IMG/VR virus record: IMGVR_UViG_3300029852_000012
Coordinates: 1 to 50,487 of that record
Strand: one strand, 5' to 3'
DNA length: 50,487 nt
Origin: a virus
Each line of letters starts with the position of its first letter. Positions within the stretch are counted from its first letter, which is position 1. Below the pieces are notes generated by a model. The model did not search any database. It was given only the letters and a program-made list of their open reading frames with translations, and was not told where the DNA came from. The translations under genes were made by a program, and so were the position numbers. Of this stretch, positions 33,677 through 40,686 are shown in pieces.

Positions 33677-33787
33677 TTCCCAGAAGGTCCCAGGATTATC
33701 CAGATTGATTCAAATAAATAAAGGTATATAATAAATCCATACCTTATAAATAAAGTTCATTCTGGATGATTCTGGAATCCCTGGAAT
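33677..33787. repeat. Palindromic CCAGR/YCTGG intergenic element, copy B
   Basis: CCAGR at 33680, 33690 and 33700 (exact 10-bp phasing). AT-rich core with inner AAGGTAT/ATACCTT. CTGG at 33762, 33772 and 33781. Shares a 16-mer with copy C. Confidence 0.75.
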
Positions 33788-33814
33788 AATATCAAAATAA
33801 AAGGAGGAATTGAT

Positions 33815-34498
33815 ATGGGTAGACCTTGCCCTTTACTGGGTACAGCTGTCTATCTGGATTGTTTAGATTGTGAGGATAAGCAATGTAAGCAGCATTATAA
33901 ATATCAGAAGGTTATCATAGGCATAGACCAGAGTTACTCGAATACTGGTATTAGTATTGCAGCAGATAGAAAGCTTGTAAAAGTACGAAGTCTTCAGCTA
34001 GATAGCTACAAAACGAATAGTGATAAGAGGAGGGCATTAGCAAATACGCTTGATGGTCTCCTTAAGGCAGTTTGTCCAAAAGCCAGAGAAGTCGTTTGTA
34101 TTATTGAAAGAATCAGGCTTCGTTCTCAAGGTTTTCTCAATATCGATTACATAAAGTCCATTGGTGCCCTAAACAGCATCATGGTAGACAAATGTCATGA
34201 GTATTGTGTCCCAGTCTATAGTGTAGATACAAGGTGCTGGAAAGCTCAAGTAATAGGGACCAGCAAGTCAATGCCAAATAATTTTGGAGTTCCAGAAGAG
34301 AAATGGCCTACAGTTAGATGGCTACTAAAGCAGGGATGGGAGGATAGCATTCTCATACCAATAGAGGGTAGGAAGACCAAAGGCACATTCATACGCCAGG
34401 GAAAGAAATATATGTACAACAATGATGCTGCAGATAGTGCAGGGATAGCTATGTTTGGGTTTATAGGTGACCAAGACAAGCTTCAGGAGGAAAAATAG
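33815..34498 (+). CDS. RuvC-like Holliday junction resolvase with N-terminal Cys cluster
   Basis: Contains VIIGIDQSYSNTGISIA (first catalytic Asp motif) and NNDAADSAGIAMFG (terminal Asp). The N-terminus has CPLL...CLDCEDKQC. Confidence 0.65.
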   Translation: MGRPCPLLGTAVYLDCLDCEDKQCKQHYKYQKVIIGIDQSYSNTGISIAADRKLVKVRSLQLDSYKTNSDKRRALANTLDGLLKAVCPKAREVVCIIERIRLRSQGFLNIDYIKSIGALNSIMVDKCHEYCVPVYSVDTRCWKAQVIGTSKSMPNNFGVPEEKWPTVRWLLKQGWEDSILIPIEGRKTKGTFIRQGKKYMYNNDAADSAGIAMFGFIGDQDKLQEEK

Positions 34499-34499
34499 T

Positions 34500-34706
34500 A
34501 TGGCAATCAAATGCTGTAAAGATTGTGTGCCTCCAACAAGGTACCCAGGATGTCATGCTAAGTGTGGGCAGTACAAAGCAGAGAAAGCTAAATGGGAAGA
34601 GGAAAAAGCCAAAGCTCGTAAAGACCAGGCCTACATAATCTACCCAAGCGACTTTGAGATGCTAGCATGTATGCATAGACCTCGTAAAGACAAACGTCGT
34701 AGGTAG
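34500..34706 (+). CDS. Cys-rich small protein (68 aa), hypothetical
   Basis: ATG 34500 after AGGAGG. Contains CCKDCVPPTRYPGCHAKCGQY and a basic C-terminus. Confidence 0.6.
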   Translation: MAIKCCKDCVPPTRYPGCHAKCGQYKAEKAKWEEEKAKARKDQAYIIYPSDFEMLACMHRPRKDKRRR

Positions 34707-34737
34707 CTATTCCCTTGCATGCATGTGCATGCATGAT

Positions 34738-34753
34738 AGAGTCTATAGACTCT
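34738..34753 (+). terminator. Perfect 16-bp palindrome hairpin followed by a T-rich tract
   Basis: AGAGTC-TATA-GACTCT followed by tatttctatatttctttcttt. Confidence 0.5.
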
Positions 34754-34806
34754 TATTTCTATATTTCTTTCTTTATAAACTAACTAAAATATTTTTACAC
34801 AGGGTA

Positions 34807-34835
34807 TGTACAAATCAAAATCATTGTGGTATAAT
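34807..34835 (+). promoter_or_regulatory. Promoter P5: TGTACA-N17-TATAAT
   Basis: TGTACA 34807-12 and tgGTATAAT with TATAAT at 34830-35. Confidence 0.7.
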
Positions 34836-34886
34836 AATTACAGTGGTTAAGGTATAATACACAAATCCTTAGAGGAGGAAACGAAT

Positions 34887-35699
34887 ATGAAAGCAAATCA
34901 AATCACAGACAAAACTGAAGTTGTTGAGTATGACAGCTTACATGAATTTTACGAGTATCTGATTCACACACCGTTCAACGATGCATTCTGTTGGGCTAAG
35001 CATTCCAGTGTTGATGGTGACTACTACTTCACAAAAACAAGAGATTTTAGTGAGGCAGTTGAGTTGTTTAAGAATGGCTGGTCAGATATGGCAACCAAGT
35101 TAGTTCAGAAGCTTAAAGTAATTGAGAGCAAAACAGAGCCGACAATGAAGCCTAAAAACGTTCTTGGTGTTGCAGGTTATCAAGCAATCGTTCCACTGTA
35201 TCTGCAAGGTGTTCCAAACAACATGGTCACAAAGAAAATGACACCTGTAAAACAGAAAGTCATTACCCTAAACAAATCAATCGATTACAATGGTGGTGTT
35301 AAAGCCGACCAGATAATCGAAGAGAGCATCAAGGCAATGCAGATTGTCAAGAAGCTTGAAGCCCAGGGTTACAGATGCAATCTGAACATTGTGCTTGGTA
35401 CAACTGCTGGTTATCCTTCAAAGCAATTCGTTGTGAAGGTGAGAATCAAATCGGCAAACGAAAAGCTGAATGTTTCAAAGCTGGCATTCCCACTGGTTCA
35501 TCCGTCAATGCTTCGTCGTTTGTTCTTCAGATTCATTGAGGTTTATCCACATGTAACGAAGAGCTTTGTGAATGGTTATGGTAGCCCAGCAACATCCAAT
35601 GAGATGCGTAACATTTTCAAATGTGAGTATCTGCTGCCTAACTTCATTAAGAAGGACGTAAACACAATCAAAACAATCGACGACCTTGAGAATATCTAA
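34887..35699 (+). CDS. Hypothetical protein (270 aa), possible partner of the downstream AAA+ ATPase
   Basis: RBS GAGGAGG. No motif recognised. Confidence 0.7.
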   Translation: MKANQITDKTEVVEYDSLHEFYEYLIHTPFNDAFCWAKHSSVDGDYYFTKTRDFSEAVELFKNGWSDMATKLVQKLKVIESKTEPTMKPKNVLGVAGYQAIVPLYLQGVPNNMVTKKMTPVKQKVITLNKSIDYNGGVKADQIIEESIKAMQIVKKLEAQGYRCNLNIVLGTTAGYPSKQFVVKVRIKSANEKLNVSKLAFPLVHPSMLRRLFFRFIEVYPHVTKSFVNGYGSPATSNEMRNIFKCEYLLPNFIKKDVNTIKTIDDLENI

Positions 35700-35706
35700 A
35701 CTGATT

Positions 35707-35724
35707 GGGAGGGCAAAACCTCCC
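35707..35724 (+). terminator. Rho-independent terminator
   Basis: GGGAGG-gcaaaa-CCTCCC followed by ttgaagTTTTT. Confidence 0.6.
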
Positions 35725-35756
35725 TTGAAGTTTTTGAAATATTTTTGAAAAAAGGG

Positions 35757-35785
35757 TGTACAAGCTCCTATTTATGTGGTATTAT
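35757..35785 (+). promoter_or_regulatory. Promoter P6: TGTACA-N17-TATTAT
   Basis: TGTACA 35757-62 and tgGTATTAT at the 17-nt spacing. Upstream is tttttgaaatatttttgaaaaaa. Confidence 0.65.
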
Positions 35786-35853
35786 AATATCGTAAGGTAC
35801 ATAAAGCCTACGAACAAATCACAAAGTTTTCAGTTGAAAAGGAGAAAAACATT

Positions 35854-36942
35854 ATGACAATTATGACAAACGTAAATTTCGAAGTTATCAAGATTGAAAA
35901 GGCAATGAAACATGGTTGTGTAGTTGTTACACTTAAGTTTGAAGGTTCAAGCAAAGAGTTCACTTATGTGCGTAAAGCATACAACAACACGACAGTAATT
36001 GATGGTTGCAGAATTTACTTCGATGCAAACTATCAGGTAGAAAAGATTGAGCGTGAATACGAAACCAAGGGCGTTAAGAAAATGTCCACTGCTAAGCAGG
36101 TAGGTACCACATCAACTAAGATTAAGAACGAAATCGAGAACAAAGGCATTGAGATTCCTAAGGTTCAGATTCCTGAAGTCAAAGGTGAAGTTCACCATGA
36201 CAGATACGATGAAATCAAGTGCTGTTTGGAATGCAACATTCCAGTTTACCTTGCAGGTCCTGCTGGTTCTGGTAAGAATCACACAGTTGAACAGATTGCA
36301 AAGGAACTTGGTTGGAACTTCTACTTCAGCAATTCAGTTCAGCAGGAATACAAACTTACAGGATTCATCGATGCAGGTGGTGACTTCCACGAAACAGAGT
36401 TCTACAAAGCTTGCACAGATGAAAATGAATGCATCTTCTTCCTGGATGAAATGGATGCTTCAATCCCTGAAGTTCTGGTTCTTCTTAATGCAGCAATTGC
36501 TAATGGTTACTTTGAGTTCCCTAACGGTCGAGTTGATTTTGACAATGTGCACTTCGTAGCCGCTGGTAATACCGTAGGAAATGGTGCAGATGACATGTAC
36601 ACAGGCCGTATGGTTCTGGACCAGGCAACACTTGATAGATTCGCAATCATTGAGTTTGATTACTGTTTGAAGATTGAAATGGCAATCACTCACAATAATG
36701 CAGAGCTGGTTGAGTTCATCCACCAGATGCGTAAGGAAGCTGAGAGCAAAGGAATCAGAGCTACATTCTCTTACAGATGTATGACAATGATTACCAAGCT
36801 TGAAGCTAAGGGCATGAACTTAGAGATGGCAATGAAGATTAGCATTGTTAAGGGATTGGACAAGGACACAATCAATACCTTCAATCCTTCCGGCAATACC
36901 AAGTATCACAATGCACTGAGAAAAATCCAGCTGGCCGCTTAA
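35854..36942 (+). CDS. AAA+ ATPase (MoxR/CbbQ, AAA_5-like) with ~110-aa N-terminal extension
   Basis: Contains VYLAGPAGSGKNH (Walker A) and IFFLDEMDAS (Walker B), then ...LDRFAIIEFDY. Confidence 0.8.
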   Translation: MTIMTNVNFEVIKIEKAMKHGCVVVTLKFEGSSKEFTYVRKAYNNTTVIDGCRIYFDANYQVEKIEREYETKGVKKMSTAKQVGTTSTKIKNEIENKGIEIPKVQIPEVKGEVHHDRYDEIKCCLECNIPVYLAGPAGSGKNHTVEQIAKELGWNFYFSNSVQQEYKLTGFIDAGGDFHETEFYKACTDENECIFFLDEMDASIPEVLVLLNAAIANGYFEFPNGRVDFDNVHFVAAGNTVGNGADDMYTGRMVLDQATLDRFAIIEFDYCLKIEMAITHNNAELVEFIHQMRKEAESKGIRATFSYRCMTMITKLEAKGMNLEMAMKISIVKGLDKDTINTFNPSGNTKYHNALRKIQLAA

Positions 36943-36954
36943 TGCGGCCTCTGG
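36927..36954 (+). terminator. Hairpin spanning the ATPase stop codon
   Basis: CCAGCTGGCCGC-ttaat-GCGGCCTCTGG followed by cTTTTa. Confidence 0.45.
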
Positions 36955-36978
36955 CTTTTAAGAAAAGGAGGAAGCAAC

Positions 36979-37319
36979 ATGGCAAAGGGTGTTTATAAAA
37001 GAACTCCTGAGATTATAGCAAAGCAAAATAAGAAAAGCACACTTCAATTCCTACTAAAGCGAACACATCAGGTATTAAGTTCTTTGTATGTCGTCCTGAT
37101 AAAGTAAAAGTAAAAACAAATGGACGCGTTTATGTTTATGATTCAATATTTTGTGAAGCTAAAATTATGCACGAAAATAAAGTTTATTACGTTTATAGAG
37201 GTCGTAACAGAGCCAAAGCCGAAGAGTTTGCAAATAAAATTAGTGAACTAATTGATGCAGGAGGAATTGATTTGTTTCTAAAGTGGTATAAAGAATTGAA
37301 AGGAGAACAAAATGGCTAA
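36979..37319 (+). pseudogene. Frameshifted ORF (AP2-like DNA-binding pattern): 42-aa ORF plus a -1 frame continuation
   Basis: ATG 36979 has a strong AAAGGAGGAAG RBS but stops at 37105-07. The -1 frame is open from just after the run AAATAAGAAAAGC to TAA 37317-19. It encodes ...NTSGIKFFVCRPDKVKVKTNGRVYVYDS...YYVYRGRNRAKAEEFANKI. Confidence 0.4.
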
Positions 37320-37551
37320 AAGAGGAAAAGTGCTGATAAATGTCAATGACATCATCGGCAAGCGCTTAGGTAAGCTTGAAGTCATAAGTTATGCAGGACA
37401 TCATTACGATGCAACTCTTGGTGGTGACAGAATGCGTCACTACTACAGAGTACATTGTGAATGTGGAACAATTAAGATAGTGCAGAGAGGACAGCTTACA
37501 AGTGAGATTGTTCATAGCTGCGGTTGTGGAAGGAGAAAAAACATTGATTAA
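37312..37551 (+). CDS. Small Cys-rich protein (79 aa), hypothetical
   Basis: Contains GKLEVISYAG...YYRVHCECGTIKIVQRGQLTSEIVHSCGCG. Confidence 0.6.
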   Translation: MAKRGKVLINVNDIIGKRLGKLEVISYAGHHYDATLGGDRMRHYYRVHCECGTIKIVQRGQLTSEIVHSCGCGRRKNID

Positions 37552-37552
37552 G

Positions 37553-37807
37553 ATGAGAAACAACACCAAGCCTGATGCAATCTGCTGTGAATGTGGTGAA
37601 AGCCAAAAAGAAGTTCTGAATATGTTTGACTTATGCATTGGTGGTAACATCTTCACAATTTGTGATGTGTGTAACGAGAAGATATTCAGTAAGTGCTTGA
37701 GTGCAGAGGTCATGAAGAATGGCCGAGTAAAATCACAGCGTGATATGGCAATCATTCGTAAGCGTAAAAGTAGAATAGGCCTCAAATCTGGAGGTGAATA
37801 TAAATGA
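37553..37807 (+). CDS. Zn-ribbon small protein (84 aa), hypothetical
   Basis: Contains CCECG...CDVC and a basic C-terminus. The start is uncertain. Confidence 0.55.
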   Translation: MRNNTKPDAICCECGESQKEVLNMFDLCIGGNIFTICDVCNEKIFSKCLSAEVMKNGRVKSQRDMAIIRKRKSRIGLKSGGEYK

Positions 37808-38190
37808 TAGACTTCAGTAAGATGCCTTGCATCTACTGGTCTGATTCAACTAAGATTAGTTATTTGCAAAGGCGCATAATTGTATACAGCATTATGTATT
37901 ACGAACAAAATGAGAGTTGTGTGTCTGACCAATACTACGACAGTATATCCCATCAATTGGTTGAGTTGCAAAGAACATGTGACCCTGCAGAGTTCAGGCG
38001 TTCAACATACTACTATGCAATGTATGATTTTGATGGTAGTACAGGCTTTGATATTCCATCAAGGCTGACTAAATACGACCGTGAGTATCTGACAAACATC
38101 GCATCTCATGTGTACAAGCAATGGAAGGATTCGACCACAATGGAACAAAGAAGGAGGGCACTAAATGCTAACACTAAAGGACTTAGATAA
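37804..38190 (+). CDS. Hypothetical protein (128 aa)
   Basis: ATGA start/stop overlap with the upstream gene. Contains YYEQNESCVSDQYYDSISHQLVELQ. Confidence 0.6.
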   Translation: MIDFSKMPCIYWSDSTKISYLQRRIIVYSIMYYEQNESCVSDQYYDSISHQLVELQRTCDPAEFRRSTYYYAMYDFDGSTGFDIPSRLTKYDREYLTNIASHVYKQWKDSTTMEQRRRALNANTKGLR

Positions 38191-38503
38191 TCGAGTTTAC
38201 AGTGGTAAGATTTGCTCAGAGTTTAGCTACAGTCTGAAAGACGATAAAGGGAAACCAAAGTTCAGAGCAAACTTCGCAAGAGGTCAGGAAGAGAATGAAT
38301 GGCAAATGCGTATTGTGTTAGATAGAACACGAGATGCTGATAGTCAGGTATACACATTCGGATATATCATGCCTAAGTCAAACCTGCCGCTTGCGCTGAT
38401 TGCAGCAACTGGTCTCAAATACTTTCAGCTATATCTTAAGGAAGAGATACAAACCAAGTCTGAATATGACTTTATGCTTGGTGATGTATTAAAAGGTATG
38501 TAG
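38165..38503 (+). CDS. Hypothetical protein (112 aa)
   Basis: RBS AAGGAGGG lies 6 nt upstream of the ATG. Confidence 0.65.
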   Translation: MLTLKDLDNRVYSGKICSEFSYSLKDDKGKPKFRANFARGQEENEWQMRIVLDRTRDADSQVYTFGYIMPKSNLPLALIAATGLKYFQLYLKEEIQTKSEYDFMLGDVLKGM

Positions 38504-38505
38504 TT

Positions 38506-38991
38506 ATGGCAATGAAACGCAGCGGTAAGTTCTATCGCAAAAATGAAGCAGATGTAATGCGTTCACTTGGCTTGGAACCCACGCCAAACTCTGGTTCTGG
38601 ACCAATTTGGAAAGAAGATGGTCAGTCAGATGAAGTTATATGTCAGTTAAAATCAACTGATGCAGAGAGTATTAGAATACATAAAAAGGACTTAGATACA
38701 TTGAGCTACAATGCAGCTGTTGCTCACAAACTACCTGTGTTTGCGATTCAATTTCTGCAATCCAATGAGGTTTACCTGCTGGTTAAGCCAGACATGCTTT
38801 GTGAAGCAGCTCAATATATCGAGACAGGAGAATACACCAGTGCAAATGCATTTATAGGTGTTGATTTAAGCGAGCATGAAGATACGACTACTGTTGGTGG
38901 TAGAACAATCAAATCAAGCTCAAGAGCACGTAAGCAATTCAACGAAGAAAATGAGAAACGATTCAAAAAAGAAAAGAGGTCAGCGACATGA
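38506..38991 (+). CDS. PD-(D/E)xK nuclease-like (resolvase-like) protein, putative
   Basis: NSGSGPIWKEDGQSDEVICQLKST resembles the SG...D...(E/Q)xK core, here with Q in the usual E position. Confidence 0.35.
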   Translation: MAMKRSGKFYRKNEADVMRSLGLEPTPNSGSGPIWKEDGQSDEVICQLKSTDAESIRIHKKDLDTLSYNAAVAHKLPVFAIQFLQSNEVYLLVKPDMLCEAAQYIETGEYTSANAFIGVDLSEHEDTTTVGGRTIKSSSRARKQFNEENEKRFKKEKRSAT

Positions 38992-39371
38992 AAGTAAAGG
39001 TCAAAGAGGTAGTGAAATACGGTGGCCATAGCTTATCAGCTAATGGTTCAGTTAACTTCACACTTAAGGCTCAGTATTCTGAGCTTCCTAATACAATTCA
39101 GCTTATGCAGATGCTCAACAATGATGTGAGTATCAAAGCTAAAATCCCTGGTGGTAGTCCTATGAAGCTTGGATTCTTCAGGGTAAAGCAGATTGTCATC
39201 GATGGTGATGGTGAATCCACAATCAAGTTCAATGGTCTTAATGACTACATCGAAATGGACAATCTGAATTTGCTTCCTTTGAACTCTGACGAAAACAAAG
39301 AGTTTGTTGTTCTTATGGAGGCTGAAATCGAAACAGACGAAATGGAGGACATTGAAGATGGCGAAGAGTAA
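38988..39371 (+). CDS. Hypothetical protein with acidic C-terminus (127 aa)
   Basis: ATGA overlap with the upstream gene. The C-terminus is EAEIETDEMEDIEDGEE. Confidence 0.6.
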   Translation: MKVKVKEVVKYGGHSLSANGSVNFTLKAQYSELPNTIQLMQMLNNDVSIKAKIPGGSPMKLGFFRVKQIVIDGDGESTIKFNGLNDYIEMDNLNLLPLNSDENKEFVVLMEAEIETDEMEDIEDGEE

Positions 39372-39627
39372 GATTGAATACCATGAGCTCTCAAGAGCTA
39401 AGGTAACTGATTCGAGGAACATTGTTATCTCTAACTGTTCAAAAGGTGGCTTTACAATTGCTCAGCAGCTTGAAGCTAAGGAAAACGACAAAACCACCTC
39501 GGTATTTATGAAAGGTGCATTCCATGTTGAAGATATTCATGGTTTGTATAACCTTAGAGATGCAGTAAATCTTGCAATCAAAATTTCTGAGGAAAATTCC
39601 GAAGATTCAGATGCATGGGACGAGTAA
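39358..39627 (+). CDS. Hypothetical protein (89 aa), possibly PC4-like ssDNA-binding
   Basis: ATG 39358 lies 8 nt after GGAGGA. The PC4-like call is a weak pattern only. Confidence 0.5.
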   Translation: MAKSKIEYHELSRAKVTDSRNIVISNCSKGGFTIAQQLEAKENDKTTSVFMKGAFHVEDIHGLYNLRDAVNLAIKISEENSEDSDAWDE

Positions 39628-39665
39628 AAAGTTCAAAATATTTTCAAAAACTTTCAAAAAGCCTA

Positions 39666-39694
39666 TGTACAAATGGTAAGTAACCTGGTATAAT
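39666..39694 (+). promoter_or_regulatory. Promoter P7: TGTACA-N17-TATAAT
   Basis: TGTACA 39666-71 and tgGTATAAT with TATAAT at 39689-94. Upstream is gttcaaaatattttcaaaaactttcaaaaa. Confidence 0.7.
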
Positions 39695-39810
39695 ATATTC
39701 AAGAGGTGGAGGTTAGGAAACCTCAATCCTACTTCCACAACTTGAAAGTAAGTCCTGAGTTTAGGAGAAAACATCAATCAAAAATCAAAACATGTAAAGG
39801 AGAAATCAAA

Positions 39811-40581
39811 ATGGCAAAGAATTACACTTTCAATGAAGCGGTTAAGATTATCGCAAAAGGAACTGACCTGGAGGCAATTACCGACATCGGTAGGCGTTAT
39901 CCGGTTCTGGCACACAAGATTGCAGTTGTTACTGCCAAGGCTGGTGAGGAGTTTGTTGACCTTATGGGTTACATGCCTGATTACCTCACTGCAAACAAGG
40001 TGAATACCGCTATCAAGGCTGGTATCACTGAATCCGGTTCCAACGAGGACGATACTGAAGACGATGCTACTGAGGCTACTGAAGCTGCAACTGAGGATGC
40101 AACTGATGGTGGTGCTGAGTGGAATGAGAATATGAGTGCTAAGCAGCTCTGGGACATCCTTGGTAAGGCTGGTAAGCGTAAGCTCGCTAAGTCTACTAAG
40201 AAGGCTGACCTGGTTGAAGCTTGCAAGCAGGCTTTTGGTGCAGCTACTGAGGCAGAGGTTGAAGCCGAGGCTACCGAGGCTAATCCTTATGAAGGCAAGT
40301 CTGCTATGGAGCTCTTTAAGGAATGCAAGGCCCGTAAGATTAAGGCTGCTCCTAAGAAGCCTGCTAAGTTTTATGCTGACCTTCTCATCAAGGATGACGC
40401 TGCAAAGGCTGAGGCTACTGAAGCTGAATCTGAGGAAGATGATGACTGGGGCGACGAAGAGGCTGAGGCTCCTAAGAAGGAAGATAAGAAGGCTGCATCT
40501 AAGGCTTCTGCTAAGGGTGGTAAAGCTAAGGCTGCTAAGACCGAAGCTAAGGCCGAGGATGAAGAAGACTGGGACATTTAA
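39811..40581 (+). CDS. Ala/Glu/Lys-rich protein with two HeH/SAP-like motifs
   Basis: ATG 39811 after AAAGGAGAA, 256 aa. Contains MSAKQLWDILGKAGKRKLAKSTKKADLVEACKQAF and KSAMELFKECKARKIKAAPKKPAKFYADLL. The ~110-nt leader is structured. Confidence 0.7.
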   Translation: MAKNYTFNEAVKIIAKGTDLEAITDIGRRYPVLAHKIAVVTAKAGEEFVDLMGYMPDYLTANKVNTAIKAGITESGSNEDDTEDDATEATEAATEDATDGGAEWNENMSAKQLWDILGKAGKRKLAKSTKKADLVEACKQAFGAATEAEVEAEATEANPYEGKSAMELFKECKARKIKAAPKKPAKFYADLLIKDDAAKAEATEAESEEDDDWGDEEAEAPKKEDKKAASKASAKGGKAKAAKTEAKAEDEEDWDI

Positions 40582-40620
40582 TGTTCAGTCGGTATATGAA
40601 TCCGCCTCAATAGATAGCCG

Positions 40621-40657
40621 TAAGCTGGGTATGTGTGAGAGGCATGTACCCAGCTTA
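40621..40657 (+). terminator. Rho-independent terminator (11-bp stem)
   Basis: TAAGCTGGGTA-15 nt-TACCCAGCTTA followed by tacttgTTTT. Confidence 0.6.
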
Positions 40658-40686
40658 TACTTGTTTTAAGGAGGTACAAGCTGTAC

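Noticed and set aside
33515-33721. 68-aa ORF overlapping 33433..33657 and element B
   Set aside because: It is an alternative frame of a coupled gene and extends into the CCAGR array. It has no RBS.
34716-34735. Tandem 10-mer TGCATGCATG x2 (nested SphI-type palindromes) after the Cys-rich gene
   Set aside because: It is real in the sequence but occurs only once. It sits next to a better terminator hairpin (34738-53) and there is no evidence of function beyond contributing secondary structure to the 3' end.
39706-39810. GTG 39706 N-terminal extension of the HeH protein (ORF-track start)
   Set aside because: It would begin only ~5 nt from the predicted P7 transcription start and has no spaced SD. 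The segment folds into stem-loops (GAGGTT-agga-AACCTC). ATG 39811 has a proper RBS.
40136-40669. 177-aa alternative-frame ORF inside the Ala/Glu/Lys-rich gene
   Set aside because: Its Leu/Arg/Ser-rich translation comes from the repetitive GCT/GAG/AAG codon composition of the real frame. It crosses the terminator hairpin at 40621-57.
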